Shown here piece after piece: positions 27,848-38,739 of a stretch of DNA of 64,000 bases. Positions within the stretch are counted from its first letter, which is position 1, and each line of letters begins with the position of its first letter. Source of the DNA: Eledone cirrhosa (Eukaryota); the NCBI GenBank assembly GCA_964016885.1, contig OZ024741.1, positions 14,012,001 to 14,076,000 of the forward strand. The letters are read 5' to 3'. The notes under the pieces were generated by a model that did no database searches, was not told the origin of the DNA, and saw nothing but the letters and a program-made list of their open reading frames with translations. Position numbers and translations under genes: made by a program.

Positions 27848-27903
27848 AGTCCCTCCGTATATTGTGGAAACAGAAAAGAGGCGCTACGGCACACACTACA
27901 ACG
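27848..27903 (+). CDS. INPP5A: Type I inositol polyphosphate 5-phosphatase, exon a (SPSVYCGNRKEALRHTLQR)
   Basis: TTTCAG|AGT...CG|GTAAGT. Resembles vertebrate INPP5A SPSVYSGIRHKALGYVLDR; phase 2 joins the next exon. Confidence 0.9.
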
Positions 27904-27907
27904 GTAA

Positions 27908-27980
27908 GTACTACTACTACTACCACCACCACTATTACTACTACTACTACTACTACTACTATAACTACCATCACCACTAT

Positions 27981-28012
<32 letters not shown>

Positions 28013-28016
28013 TTAT

Positions 28017-28048
<32 letters not shown>

Positions 28049-28067
28049 TAACTACCATCACCACTAT

Positions 28068-28120
<53 letters not shown>

Positions 28121-28124
28121 TTAT

Positions 28125-28165
<41 letters not shown>

Positions 28166-28184
28166 TAACTACCATCACCACTAT

Positions 28185-28220
<36 letters not shown>

Positions 28221-28226
28221 CACTAT

Positions 28227-28262
<36 letters not shown>

Positions 28263-28409
28263 CACTACTACTACTACTACCACTACTACTACTACCACTA
28301 CCACCACCACTATTACTACTACTACCACTACTACTACCACCACTACTACTGCTACTACTACTATTACTACTACTACCACCACCACTATTACTACTACTAC
28401 TACCCCACC

Positions 28410-28456
<47 letters not shown>

Positions 28457-28483
28457 CACCACTATTACTACTAATACTACCCC

Positions 28484-28529
<46 letters not shown>

Positions 28530-28552
28530 GTACTACTACCACCACCACCACC

Positions 28553-28617
<65 letters not shown>

Positions 28618-28705
28618 TACCGTTACAGCTATTACTACTACCACCACCACGATTACAACTACTAACAGTACCAGTACTACTACTACCACCACTACTACTA
28701 CCGTT
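27908..28705. repeat. (TAC)n/(CAC)n trinucleotide microsatellite
   Basis: Begins within a few nt of the exon a donor; source of the poly-T, poly-Y and poly-V ORFs. Confidence 0.97.
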
Positions 28706-28736
28706 ATTGACACTACACTTTCATTATTTCACTTTC

Positions 28737-28831
28737 GAGGTTAACTTTGCCTTTCATCCTTACGGGGTCGATAAAATAAAGTACCAGTAATGTACTGGTA
28801 ATTGCTGGCCTTGTGCCAAAAGAAGAATCAA
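28737..28831 (+). mobile_element. 5'-truncated SINE family B copy
   Basis: Matches 29275-29372; flanked by ATTATTTCACTTTC on both sides (possible target-site duplication). Confidence 0.75.
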
Positions 28832-28870
28832 TTATTTCACTTTCTTTAGTACATTACTATAGGAAAAGGA

Positions 28871-29375
28871 GCGGTGGATTGGTAGTATCGGTAGAGGGTC
28901 GGACACCATGCTAGGGTGGTGGATTGGTAGTATCGGTAGAGGGTCGGACACCATGCTAGGGTGGTGGATTGGTAGTATCGGTAGAGGGTCGGACACCATG
29001 CTAGGGTGGTGGATTGGTAGTATCGGTAGAGGGTCGGACACCATGCTAGGGTGGTGGATTGGTAGTATCGGTAGAGGGTCGGACACCATGCTAGGGTGGT
29101 GGATTGGTAGTATCGGTAGAGGGTTGGACACCATGCTAGAGCGGTGGATTGGTAGTATCGGTAGAGGGTCGGACACCATGCTAGAGTGGTGGATTGGCAG
29201 TATCGGTAGAGGGTCGGACACCATGCTTTGCTGCAAAGAGTTACGGCCCTTTATGGTCTGAGTTCAAATCCCGCCGAGGTTAACTTCCTCTTTCATCCTT
29301 ACGGGGTTGATAAAATAAAGTACCAGTAATGTACTGGGATAATTGCTGGCCTTGTGCCATAAGTAGAAACAATTA
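28871..29375 (+). mobile_element. SINE family B with tandemly amplified 5' head
   Basis: Eight 45-bp head units, then one B box GAGTTCAAATCC and the family B body. A single-head copy lies in reverse at 33292-33470. Confidence 0.85.
28872..29227 (+). repeat. 45-bp minisatellite, 8 copies
   Basis: Unit GGTGGATTGGTAGTATCGGTAGAGGGTCGGACACCATGCTAGGGT. Confidence 0.97.
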
Positions 29376-29661
29376 TTTCACTTTCTTTATCTTTCTCTGG
29401 TAGAAACCTGTTGTATTCAAACCTGGACAGGAGATGGACTCTGCCAGGTTTAAAATGCTCAAGAAACGCCATATGCTACTACAGCACTCCTATGATTCCA
29501 TCAACAGTTACAAGACCATACATACAATATCTAGGTGATGATATTAAACAAGACAATATATTAGTCCCCGACTGAAACTGGCCCTTGTTTCCTAATTCAT
29601 TGATGCTCTCTATTACATAATACTTATTTCTAAATAATTTGGTCCATATTTACATGTTTTG

Positions 29662-29790
29662 TGAAGGCGCGTGACTGAGTGGTAAGAGAATTGGATTCAA
29701 AATTGTGAGGTTGTGAGTTCAATTCCTGGACCGGGTGATGTGTTATGTCCTTGAGCAAGACTCTTTATTTCATGTTGCTCCTTCTACCTG
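29662..29790 (+). mobile_element. SINE family A head fragment
   Basis: GAAGGCGCGTGACTGAGTGG...GAGTTCAATTCCTGGACCGGG...CCTTGAGCAAGAC. Confidence 0.8.
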
Positions 29791-29919
29791 GAGTTGCAAC
29801 CGATAGATAGTATTAGCAATTGGAAATACCAATGGAAACATTGTTTCTTCAGTCCAATTTGACGAAAGTCGATCGACTATCTCTCTCTTACATGGTTTCA
29901 TAATTTTTCTTTTTTCTAG

Positions 29920-30004
29920 ATTCGAAGAAGATAAATATGAGAAGTTACCAATGTTTATTTTTGGTGATTTTAATTTCCGATTGGATTCCCATCTATTAAT
30001 CAAG
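29920..30004 (+). CDS. INPP5A: INPP5A exon b (R/FEEDKYEKLPMFIFGDFNFRLDSHLLIK)
   Basis: TTTTCTAG|A...AAG|GTAAGT, 85 nt; contains the 5-phosphatase motif FGDFNFRLD. Confidence 0.96.
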
Positions 30005-30090
30005 GTAAGTTTGTAATTATCCGAAATATTTTGATCTAAACTGAGGTTATTCACAGTATTCAATGCAGATATCATCAGGGATGGAATTAT

Positions 30091-30329
30091 TTAACTCTTT
30101 AGTTAACAAATCACCCCAAACTGGCTTTGATTTTATCAAATAAAACCACCCATTTTAAAGGATTCAATTTAAATTAGAAAATTCCAGCATAATTTTATAT
30201 AAGAACCTTACATTAAGTTACTATCTTAGTAAGGAAATAATTAATAATTTTAGTAATTCCCTCAAAATTCTTTATTAATTAACTGAAATAGAGTGTATTT
30301 CATTAGAAATGTGGTCATGAAAGGATTAA
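30091..30329. mobile_element. TTAA-flanked, piggyBac-like MITE
   Basis: TTAACTCTTTAG...GAAAGGATTAA; homologous to 59129-59600. Confidence 0.65.
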
Positions 30330-30504
30330 AATGCGTATATATATATATATATATATGTTATAAAATAAATGGGATTGGTTGGGGTCTCAATAAGTAAACT
30401 AACTGACTAATTCTGGTTTCTAAAAAGAATTAAGAGAAAACCTAGAAAAATTACAGATTTTCCCTGCTTATTCCAACAGCCCTACTATGTGTGACCCGAG
30501 AGTC

Positions 30505-31476
30505 AAATATATACCTTACTAACTATCACTATATCATCTCTATATACTACAGGAACTAATATATACCTTACTATATCATCTCTATATACTACAGGAACTA
30601 ATATATACCTTACTATATCATCTCTATATACTACAGGAACTAATATATACCTTACTATATCATCTCTATATACTACAGGAATTAATATATACCTTACTAT
30701 ATCATCTCTATATACTACAGGAATTAATATATACCTTACTATATCATCTCTATATACTACAGGAACTAATATATACCTTACTATATCATCTCTATATACT
30801 ACAGGAACTAATATATACCTTACTATATCATCTCTATATACTACAGGAATTAATATATACCTTACTATATCATCTCTATATACTACAGGAACTAATATAT
30901 ACCTTACTATATCATCTCTATATACTACAGGAATTAATATATACCTTACTATATCATCTCTATATACTACAGGAACTAATATATACCTTACTATATCATC
31001 TCTATATACTACAGGAATTAATATATACCTTACTATATCATCTCTATATACTACAGGAATTAATATATACCTTACTATATCATCTCTATATACTACAGGA
31101 ATTAATATATACCTTACTATATCATCTCTATATACTACAGGAATTAATATATACCTTACTATATCATCTCTATATACTACAGGAATTAATATATACCTTA
31201 CTATATCATCTCTATATACTACAGGAATTAATATATACCTTACTATATCATCTCTATATACTACAGGAACTAATATATACCTTACTATATCATCTCTATA
31301 TACTACAGGAATTAATATATACCTTACTATATCATCTCTATATACTACAGGAATTAATATATACCTTACTATATCATCTCTATATACCACAGGAACTAAT
31401 ATATACCTTACTATATCATCTCTATATACTACAGGAACTAATATATACCTTACTATATCATCTCTACAGGAATTAA
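30505..31476 (+). repeat. 42-bp minisatellite, about 23 copies, built from the 3' splice site of exon c
   Basis: Unit GAA(C/T)TAATATATACCTTACTATATCATCTCTATATACTACAG. CAG|GAA recurs every 42 nt from 30552 to 31434; the last unit is 35 nt and ends at the real acceptor (31469). Confidence 0.97.
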
Positions 31477-31562
31477 CAGATAAAACACTCCCCCAACATA
31501 TCAAGGGTAAGAAGGACCAATTGGCAAAAATTGTCTACATAGAAGCAGACAACAATGAGAAA
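31470..31562 (+). CDS. INPP5A: INPP5A exon c (ELTDKTLPQHIKGKKDQLAKIVYIEADNNEK)
   Basis: CTCTACAG|GAA...AAA|GTAAGT, 93 nt, phase 0/0. Fills the gap expected between FRLD and the next exon. Confidence 0.88.
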
Positions 31563-31749
31563 GTAAGTGATACTTCTGGAATATATTTTGTCTTTGTGTG
31601 TATGTTTGTTGGTTGTCATAGTCTATATATATATACACACATATATATATATATAAATATATATATATATATGTATTGAAGTTTCCGTTGAAAAATGAAA
31701 AAATCATAGGAGTGAAGAGTGCTCTATGTAAGTTACAGAGCTAAATTTA

Positions 31750-31947
31750 ATGTATAATAAACAATACAATATAATTACCTCATTACCAGAGGTTTCCCGA
31801 ATTTTCCGAAAATTTTTATATATGTATGTATGCGTGTATGTGTGCATATATGTGTATACATGTTTGTATATGTATACGAATGCATTCGTATGTGTGCGTG
31901 TATGTGTATATGTGTGTGTGTATGTGTGCTTTTACGTCTATGTTTTT

Positions 31948-31981
<34 letters not shown>

Positions 31982-32870
31982 TCGCGTGCGTGTGATTAGA
32001 TGTACATGTATGTATATATATGTGTATCGTTTGTATGTATGCGTGTTTTTGTATGTATGTACGCATGTATGTGTATGTATCTTTTTGTGCTTGTGTTTTT
32101 GTCTGTACGTATCTATATATATTTATATATATATATATATGCGTACGAACTTCTGCATGTTTTCTACTTTTTATTTATTTTTTCTAGTGTTACTTTATAA
32201 TTGTTAACCCCTCCCTCTTACTTTCTCATTACCTTAATTTTTATTCTTATCTTATATATTATTTCATTAATTTTTCATATTTTATATTTTTATATCTGTA
32301 TCGACCTTCAGTCTGACACTGCTTTGACTGATACACTCCCTTCCCTGTATATATCACATACATGTATGTGGTTGCACGTGTGTGTATGTTTATACGCGTG
32401 CGTCCTTTCATCCTTGTATGTGTATATATTTCAATTCTTAGTCCCTGAGTCTGTATGTATGCTAACTCGATTATCTTACAATTCCTTTTTCAACATATAT
32501 TATATACATATTTGTGGTCACACATACACTGATATGTTTGCCCTCATGTTTGTACTTACGCACACATTTTTTCACTATACACATGCATTTGTACATACAC
32601 ACATATGTACATTTGTAGGTGCATATACACACATTTATACACATCCCCTTACTATATTTCTTTATTTTATTTTTATCTCTTGTATTATGACTTTTATTTA
32701 TATATTTTTTTTGCCTGTTAAACTTTTGCCTTTCTTGAGGAGATTTTTCAAATATTTCACTATGTTTTAAATTGCCTTGTCTGACGGACGAATGAGGACG
32801 TTTCTTGTATTCGTCTTATTCGGGAAACCTCTGGTAATGAGGTAATTATATTGTTTTGTTTATTATACAT
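31750..32870. mobile_element. Penelope-like remnant bounded by about 54-bp inverted repeats, with a degenerate hammerhead motif
   Basis: 31750-31803 is inverted at 32818-32870. CTGACGG-hairpin-GAAAC-CTC..GAG-GTA at 32781-32844. Confidence 0.55.
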
Positions 32871-33112
32871 TATATATATATATATATATAATTGTTTCTA
32901 CTTTTGGCACAAGGCAGAGTTAACCTCGGCGGTATTTGAACTCAGACTGTAAAGGGACGTAACTATGCTGGAAAGCATGGCATCCGACTCTCTACCGATA
33001 CTGCCAATCCACTGCCCTATATATATATATAATGCAATACTGTTATATCATCAACTTGTATAATTTACCTTATATATATATATATATATATAAATATAAA
33101 TAATATCATATA

Positions 33113-33266
33113 TAAATAATTTCATGTTTATACAGTTTTTATCATAAATAAAATGAATAATTATATATTAAAAAAAACTTTATATATATATATATATAAA
33201 GTTTTTTTTAATATATAATTATTCATTTTATTTATGCTAAAAACTGTATAAACATGATATTATTTA
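33113..33266. repeat. AT-rich near-perfect palindrome centred on (TA)n
   Basis: CATGTTTATACAGTTTTTA...AAAAAAACTTTA(TA)nTAAAGTTTTTTT...TAAAAACTGTATAAACATG. Confidence 0.9.
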
Positions 33267-33291
33267 CAGTAACAATAATAATAATAATTAT

Positions 33292-33470
33292 TTCTATTTT
33301 TGAAACAAGGCCAGCAATTATCTCAGTACATTACTGGTACTTTATTTTATTGACCCCCGTAAGGATGAAAGGCAAAGTTAACCTCGGTGGGATTTGATCT
33401 CAGATCGTAAAGGGACGCAACTATGCTGGAAAGCATGCCCGACCCTCTACCGACACTGCCATTCCACCAC
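33292..33470 (-). mobile_element. SINE family B, full single-head copy
   Basis: Reverse complement begins GTGGTGGAATGGCAGTGTCGGTAGAGGGTCGG. A related partial copy is at 32893-33018. Confidence 0.85.
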
Positions 33471-33689
33471 CCTTATTATAATAATAATGCAACTATAATG
33501 ACGGCAATAATAAAAAAAAGGGAAACGAAAGGAAAGAAAGAATGGGGAAATATAGAGAAAAAAGAGAGAAAGAAAGAAGAAAAAGAACGGGAAGGAGAGG
33601 GGATGGCAAAAGCTCAGGTGTTGCAGAAGAGAGGGGAGGGGTGAAGAGGCGGGTGATTGAGCTTTAGGCCAAGGGGAGAAGTGCTGCAC

Positions 33690-34452
33690 CCCACGGACAA
33701 AACGGCAAAAGCATTCCAACAGACGATGGCCAGTGACACCTGCTGCAACAGTCACCCAACTTTGCGGGGTTCCTTCCTCAGATGGGTCACCAATGCTCTA
33801 ATTGTGCAGAGGAGCTCGGCAGTATGCGGTCCAAGTACACCTGAGGTCTCGACGGTGACTGGTGCGAAGAGGAAGCGGCCAGACAAACCCCAGTATTTGT
33901 TTCTTTTTTGTTCTTTTCTGAGGTGGGCCGCGATGCTGGAGTTTGTGGATGAAGCGACTAAGTTGGAGGTGGATAAAGTGTCACAGCATGTGGCATCCCA
34001 GATGAGGGATATACCTCCCTCAAATGGGAAGAGGGTGATTCTGTCAGGGCGCTTGCTATCTCTGTGGTCCAGGCCAGCTGGCTCCAGTTGAGATGGAAAA
34101 CCAGCTGCATCTAGGCTCCTTCTGAATATGTTGTTGAGAGCAGTGTGTCAGTGAAACCGGCCCACGCTCTGGCGGCAAGACAGAGGGTGTAGGCCAAACT
34201 TGTCAATAACCGCCCTGCAGCGGCATTTATGTGACTCACACATGTGGAGGGCAAGGTGTTGGGCTCCTCTGATGCAAGTGCATTCATCATCAAGAATGGT
34301 ACCTGTTGATGAGAAGGGCACCGAATTGAGCCACACACTGCTGTTGGACTCAGGAGCGGAGCAAGGCAGGCAAAGTGGTGTTGGTTCAAGCCAGACTCAA
34401 ACCTCTTAACAGAAGACCTGCAATTGATGTCGTCCCAGTTACGTTGGGCCAT
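33690..34452 (-). mobile_element. Decayed CRE-clade-like non-LTR retrotransposon 3' fragment (zinc knuckle plus restriction-like endonuclease)
   Basis: Minus-strand peptides include CRCRAVIDKFGLHPLSCRQSVGRFH and LEPAGLDHRDSKRPDRITLFPFEGGISLIWDATCCDT...KKY...FAPVTVETSG. Stops or frameshifts are present. Confidence 0.75.
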
Positions 34453-34555
34453 AATATGTTAAAAAAGACAGACGATGTGGGATTAGAAAATCTTATTTAA
34501 TCATACATTTTAACATGTGTTTCATTATCGAAGTATGTCATGGTATATATACACA

Positions 34556-34784
34556 CAATGATATTAAATAAATGGAAACTATATTTATAAAACCATATTT
34601 ATTTTATTATATATATTTCAAGGGTACCAAGACACATTGGGACGCTTTCATCAGTTTGTTTTATAAAACAAACTTTGTATTTTATCTAATGAAAGCGTAC
34701 CAATCTGTCTTGGTACCCTTGAAGTATATATAATAAAATAAATATGGTTTTATAAATATAGTTTCCATTTATTTAATATCATTG
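34556..34784. mobile_element. Inverted pair of Penelope-like terminal repeats (about 99-bp arms), each with a hammerhead core
   Basis: Arms 34556-34654 and 34686-34784. The minus arm has CTGATGA..GAAA; the plus arm has CTAATGA..GAAG. Another copy is at 46144-46265. Confidence 0.7.
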
Positions 34785-34901
34785 AATATTTACTCCAGTT
34801 ACTGTTGAGTGCTCTAAATCAGTTATAAACATTTATATTTGTCGGGCTTCCAACAAATTAAATACCCCTTTACTTATATATATATATATATATATATATA
34901 T

Positions 34902-35004
34902 GAACCAGTAAGACCCCGACAGCTGAGCTCAAGCCGTTTCGACGGCTAATTCTGAATTAGCCGTCGAAACGGCTTGAGCTCAGCTGTCGGGGTCTTACTG
35001 GTTC
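34902..35004. repeat. Perfect palindrome, 51-bp arms with a 1-nt centre
   Basis: GAACCAGTAAGACCCCGACAGCTGAGCTCAAGCCGTTTCGACGGCTAATTC-T-reverse complement. Confidence 0.97.
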
Positions 35005-35387
35005 CTATTACCCACTCTACTACCTCAAGTATTGAGTACTTTGGTGCGTTATGGTCCACCTGGTTCCTTACCACATTTCCTTAGTTATATATATATATAT
35101 ATATATATGCACATGCACACTTTATAAAGATGATAATGGTGTATTATAATCTTATTAACAAGTCATCACAACCATTTAGCTAACTACAGAGTGATTGGTT
35201 GAAATTGGTAAAGCATCACTGATGGTGAATGGTAGAATCAGTGAAGTAGGGACATGGAAATATATTGTTGAACATAGTGCTCCAGGATGGTCATAGTTGA
35301 ATGACTGAAATCAGTAAAAATATGCTTGCCCCACTCCCCTTTAGATGGTATTTTCTGTAACACTAACTATTTGATGTCTTTTTGCAG

Positions 35388-35465
35388 GCCATACTGACTG
35401 TGGAGAGCAAACAGTTTAATTATCATGATAAACACACAGAATTCTTTTATAATAAAAATAACAGG
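35388..35465 (+). CDS. INPP5A: INPP5A exon d (AILTVESKQFNYHDKHTEFFYNKNNR)
   Basis: CACTAAC branch point, TTTTTGCAG|GCC...AGG|GTAAGT, 78 nt, phase 0/0. Confidence 0.88.
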
Positions 35466-35528
35466 GTAAGTATCTCTCTCTCTCTCTCTCTCTCTCCCTC
35501 TCTCTCGTTCTCTCTCTCTCCCTCTCTC

Positions 35529-35563
<35 letters not shown>

Positions 35564-35565
<2 letters not shown>

Positions 35566-35755
35566 CGAGGGTCAGCTGAAAAGCTAACTATGAAGAAGTG
35601 ATGCTAAAGCTGTGAAATCTTGCATGCATTAATTTCAATGCTTCTTATGAACAACTATTGTTTCTTTCCATGGATTATGTTGAAAAATAAATCTCATTTG
35701 GTCATTCCATGAGAGTATCTTGGTCAGCCTGTGATCTTTTCAACCAACCCTTGTA
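35564..35755. mobile_element. Tc1/mariner-like MITE
   Basis: Imperfect TIRs TACGAGGGTCAGCTGAAAAG and CTTTTCAACCAACCCTTGTA with TA ends. Confidence 0.65.
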
Positions 35756-35767
35756 TATATATATATC

Positions 35768-36146
35768 ATCACATCATCATCATCACCGTTTTACGTCCGT
35801 TCTTCCACGCTAGCATGGGTTAGACGGGTTGTCCTGTTGTGGACAGTGTCTGGTCGGCTGACCATGCCTTGCTCATACAGGGACTGATTTAGCTTGATTT
35901 CTACAGCTGGATGCCCTTCCTAACACCAACCTCATTTACAGTGAGTGCTGGGTGCTTTTTCGTGGCGCCTACATGTCCACTTTACAGTGTGGGCTGGGTG
36001 CTTTTTTGCCGTGGCACCTCCACGACCACCTTGCGGTGGGGGGGGGGGGCATATTGTCTATATGCTTCAGCTTGTACCCATGGGAGGTCGGGTACTCTGT
36101 ATTACTGCGTGACGCCAGAGGTCACAGTCGTGTGTCATCGCCTTTG
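35768..36146 (-). mobile_element. 5'-truncated RTE LINE (ORF end, 3' UTR and (GAT)n tail)
   Basis: Reverse complement is homologous to 57232-57540, including GCTGAAGCATATAGACAATATGCCCC. Confidence 0.8.
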
Positions 36147-36730
36147 ATATATATATATATATATCTTGTTTTCTTTGTTGTTTCCATTTACCTTTTGCAT
36201 ACATACATGCATACCTTCTTCTATTACCCACTCTACTACCCTAAGTATTGAGTGCTCTGGTGTGTTATGGTCCATCTGGTTCCTTACCACATCTTTGTAC
36301 ATATATCATCATCATCATTGTTTTATGACCATTTTTCCATGCTGGCATGGGTTAGATGAGTTGTTCTGTTGTGGGCAATGTTAGGTCAGGTGACTATGCC
36401 TTGCTCATATATATATATATATATATATGTATGTGGTTGACAACTGAGAGAAAAGTGTACTCAATACTGAAGTAGAGTTTATCACAGGGTCATCAAGTTC
36501 TCGTCTGATGACCCTGTGATAAATAGGCAAAACAAGACACACTATTTAGCCTTAATAAAATATTATTATATATCCCAATATATATATATATCCCAAATTA
36601 AATTAAGGGTGTCATGTCTGAGAGACATGTGCCATATCCACTGTAGAATATGCTCAAAGATTCCAATGAATAGATCTGAGCATTTTATATCAACTAGGAA
36701 TTGATTATTGACATATATATATATATATAT

Positions 36731-37370
36731 AAATGGAAAAGAATGAAACAAAATTTCATGTCTCACTCTTAGAACGGCTGATACTTAAATGTAAGTATGT
36801 ATGTATGCGTACATACATATATGTATACAAAAGTACAGTAGTATGTATATATATATACATATATATGTACGTATGGGTTTACCGAACATTTATTATAATG
36901 TTCAGTTTGTTTGTAAACAAACAGCCCGAATTACGCCGTACAGTGTTCAGGCAACCATTGTCGCCTTTTTGTTCAACACTGACATAGGAATGATGTACTA
37001 GTTTCAAGCTTATTAGCTATCGTCAGCATCGTATACCTTCCTGCCAGATGATTGAACATCTGAAAGTATATACTTTCCTTATGCATATTAACGGCTGAGC
37101 AGCCTAATTTGCATATCGAGTGGGTTAGTCGGCCGGGTGCACCAAAAACGATAAATGGAAAAGAATGAAACGAAATTTCATTTCTCACTCTTAGTACGGC
37201 ACTTACTTAAATGTAAGTATGTATACGTACATACATATATGTATACAGACGTAGAGTAGTATGTATATATATATATATACATACATGCACACATATATAT
37301 ATATATATGTACGTATGGGTTTACCGAACATTTATTATAATGTTCGGTTTGTTTGTAAACAAACATCCCG
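36731..37370 (-). mobile_element. Tandem direct Penelope-like terminal repeats (period about 421 bp)
   Basis: AAATGGAAAAGAATGAAAC...CCGAACATTTATTATAATGTTC at 36731 and about 37152, with a hammerhead between them. Confidence 0.6.
36992..37030 (-). ncRNA. Minimal type I hammerhead ribozyme motif
   Basis: Minus strand GATG-CTGACGA-TAGCT-AATA-AGCTT-GAAA-CTAG-TA-CATC: stem I GATG/CATC, stem II, palindromic stem III, GUA cleavage triplet. Confidence 0.75.
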
Positions 37371-37380
37371 ATACTTGTTA

Positions 37381-37576
37381 TATATATATATCTAAAATAA
37401 ACATGAAACAATCACAGGGAATAATTTGTAAAGTGTGTAAGCACACACAGCTAGGTAGGTAACTAATTAAAGTTTAACTAGAACTTCAACTTTAAGTTCT
37501 AGTTAAACTGTGTGTGCTTACACACTTTACAAATTATTCCCTGTGATTGTTTCATGTTTATTTTAGATATATATAT
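37381..37576. repeat. Long inverted repeat (about 70-bp arms) with an inner hairpin
   Basis: TCTAAAATAAACATGAAACAATCACAGGGAATAATTTGTAAAGTGTGTAAGCACACACAG and its reverse complement. Confidence 0.92.
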
Positions 37577-38059
37577 AAGTTAATATAGAAATGGCTTCAA
37601 CATGACTAGAGTTGTTTCATTCAAAGGAAATCATCAGGATATATTATGCCTAATTAAATTTGTCATGAACATACATAACATCCCAATGAAAAGAGAATGC
37701 TAAAAAAAATCTCATTCAGAGAAGCAAATACATATAAAGCAGCTTATACAAAATCACTGAGAGATAGATCTCTATAAAGTAATCTAAAGAGAACATTCCA
37801 CAAGCATCTTTCCCTAGGGACATATTTTCAGTCAAGCATCCTAAAGCTATGAGGCTTCACTAAGTTCCCATACTGAACAATCACTCAGACCAATATATTA
37901 ATGTGGCCACCATTAACAGAACAATTTTCATCAGGGAGATTCTGTAAGCTATAAGAAAATATAAATACTTGTTTAGAGAAATTTGTCCCTTTTTTATCGA
38001 ACTAGCCTGGTGTAATAATAATATTGCATGCATGGTTAGAGCTACTAACAGGGTAGACG

Positions 38060-38248
38060 TTTGTATATACAGGGTGATGAGTCTAAACTGGTGCTAGAAA
38101 TAGCAGTCAATATAGGCTGTCTATCAGCTGACCAGGGAAAGATACTTGTTAACATTTGTATATACAGAGTGATGAGCTTAAACTGGTGCTAGAAATAGCA
38201 GTCAATATAAGCTGTCTATCAGCTGACCAGGGAAAGATACTTGTTAAC
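38060..38248 (+). repeat. About 95-bp tandem duplication
   Basis: TTTGTATATACAG.GTGATGAG...CAGGGAAAGATACTTGTTAAC twice. Confidence 0.9.
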
Positions 38249-38321
38249 TGTTCTTTTTAGATTATTTTATTGGGATCTACCCTTCAGTGATTTTGTAAAA
38301 GATGTTCTATATATTCATTTA

Positions 38322-38452
38322 TATCATCATCATTATTGTCACCACCATCACCATCATCAACACCATCATCACCATCATCACCACCATCACCACCATCACC
38401 ACCATCATCAACACCACCATCACTACCACCATCATCATCATCATCCTCACCA
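38322..38452. repeat. (CAT/CAC)n microsatellite
   Basis: Source of the poly-His ORF. Confidence 0.95.
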
Positions 38453-38563
38453 TTGAGTAGTGATGACACAGTGCCGTGTGTCGAGATATAGTGAAGACAA
38501 GTCACACCACACATCCCAACTTATATATATATATATATGTCATTTTATGTCCGCTTTTCCCTG

Positions 38564-38617
<54 letters not shown>

Positions 38618-38739
38618 ATATCTATATGATATATATATATCATATATATATATCATATATATATATATCATATATATATGATATATATATATATGATATA
38701 TATATGATATATATATGATATATATGATGATGATATATA

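Noticed and set aside
30503-31504. 333-aa minus-strand repeat protein (RDDIVRYILVPVVY)n
   Set aside because: By-product of the 42-bp array, antisense to exon c's splice site.
31501-31512. Alternative donor AAGG|GTAAGA inside exon c
   Set aside because: It would give a 37-nt frameshifting exon; the donor at 31563 keeps frame and the expected protein length.
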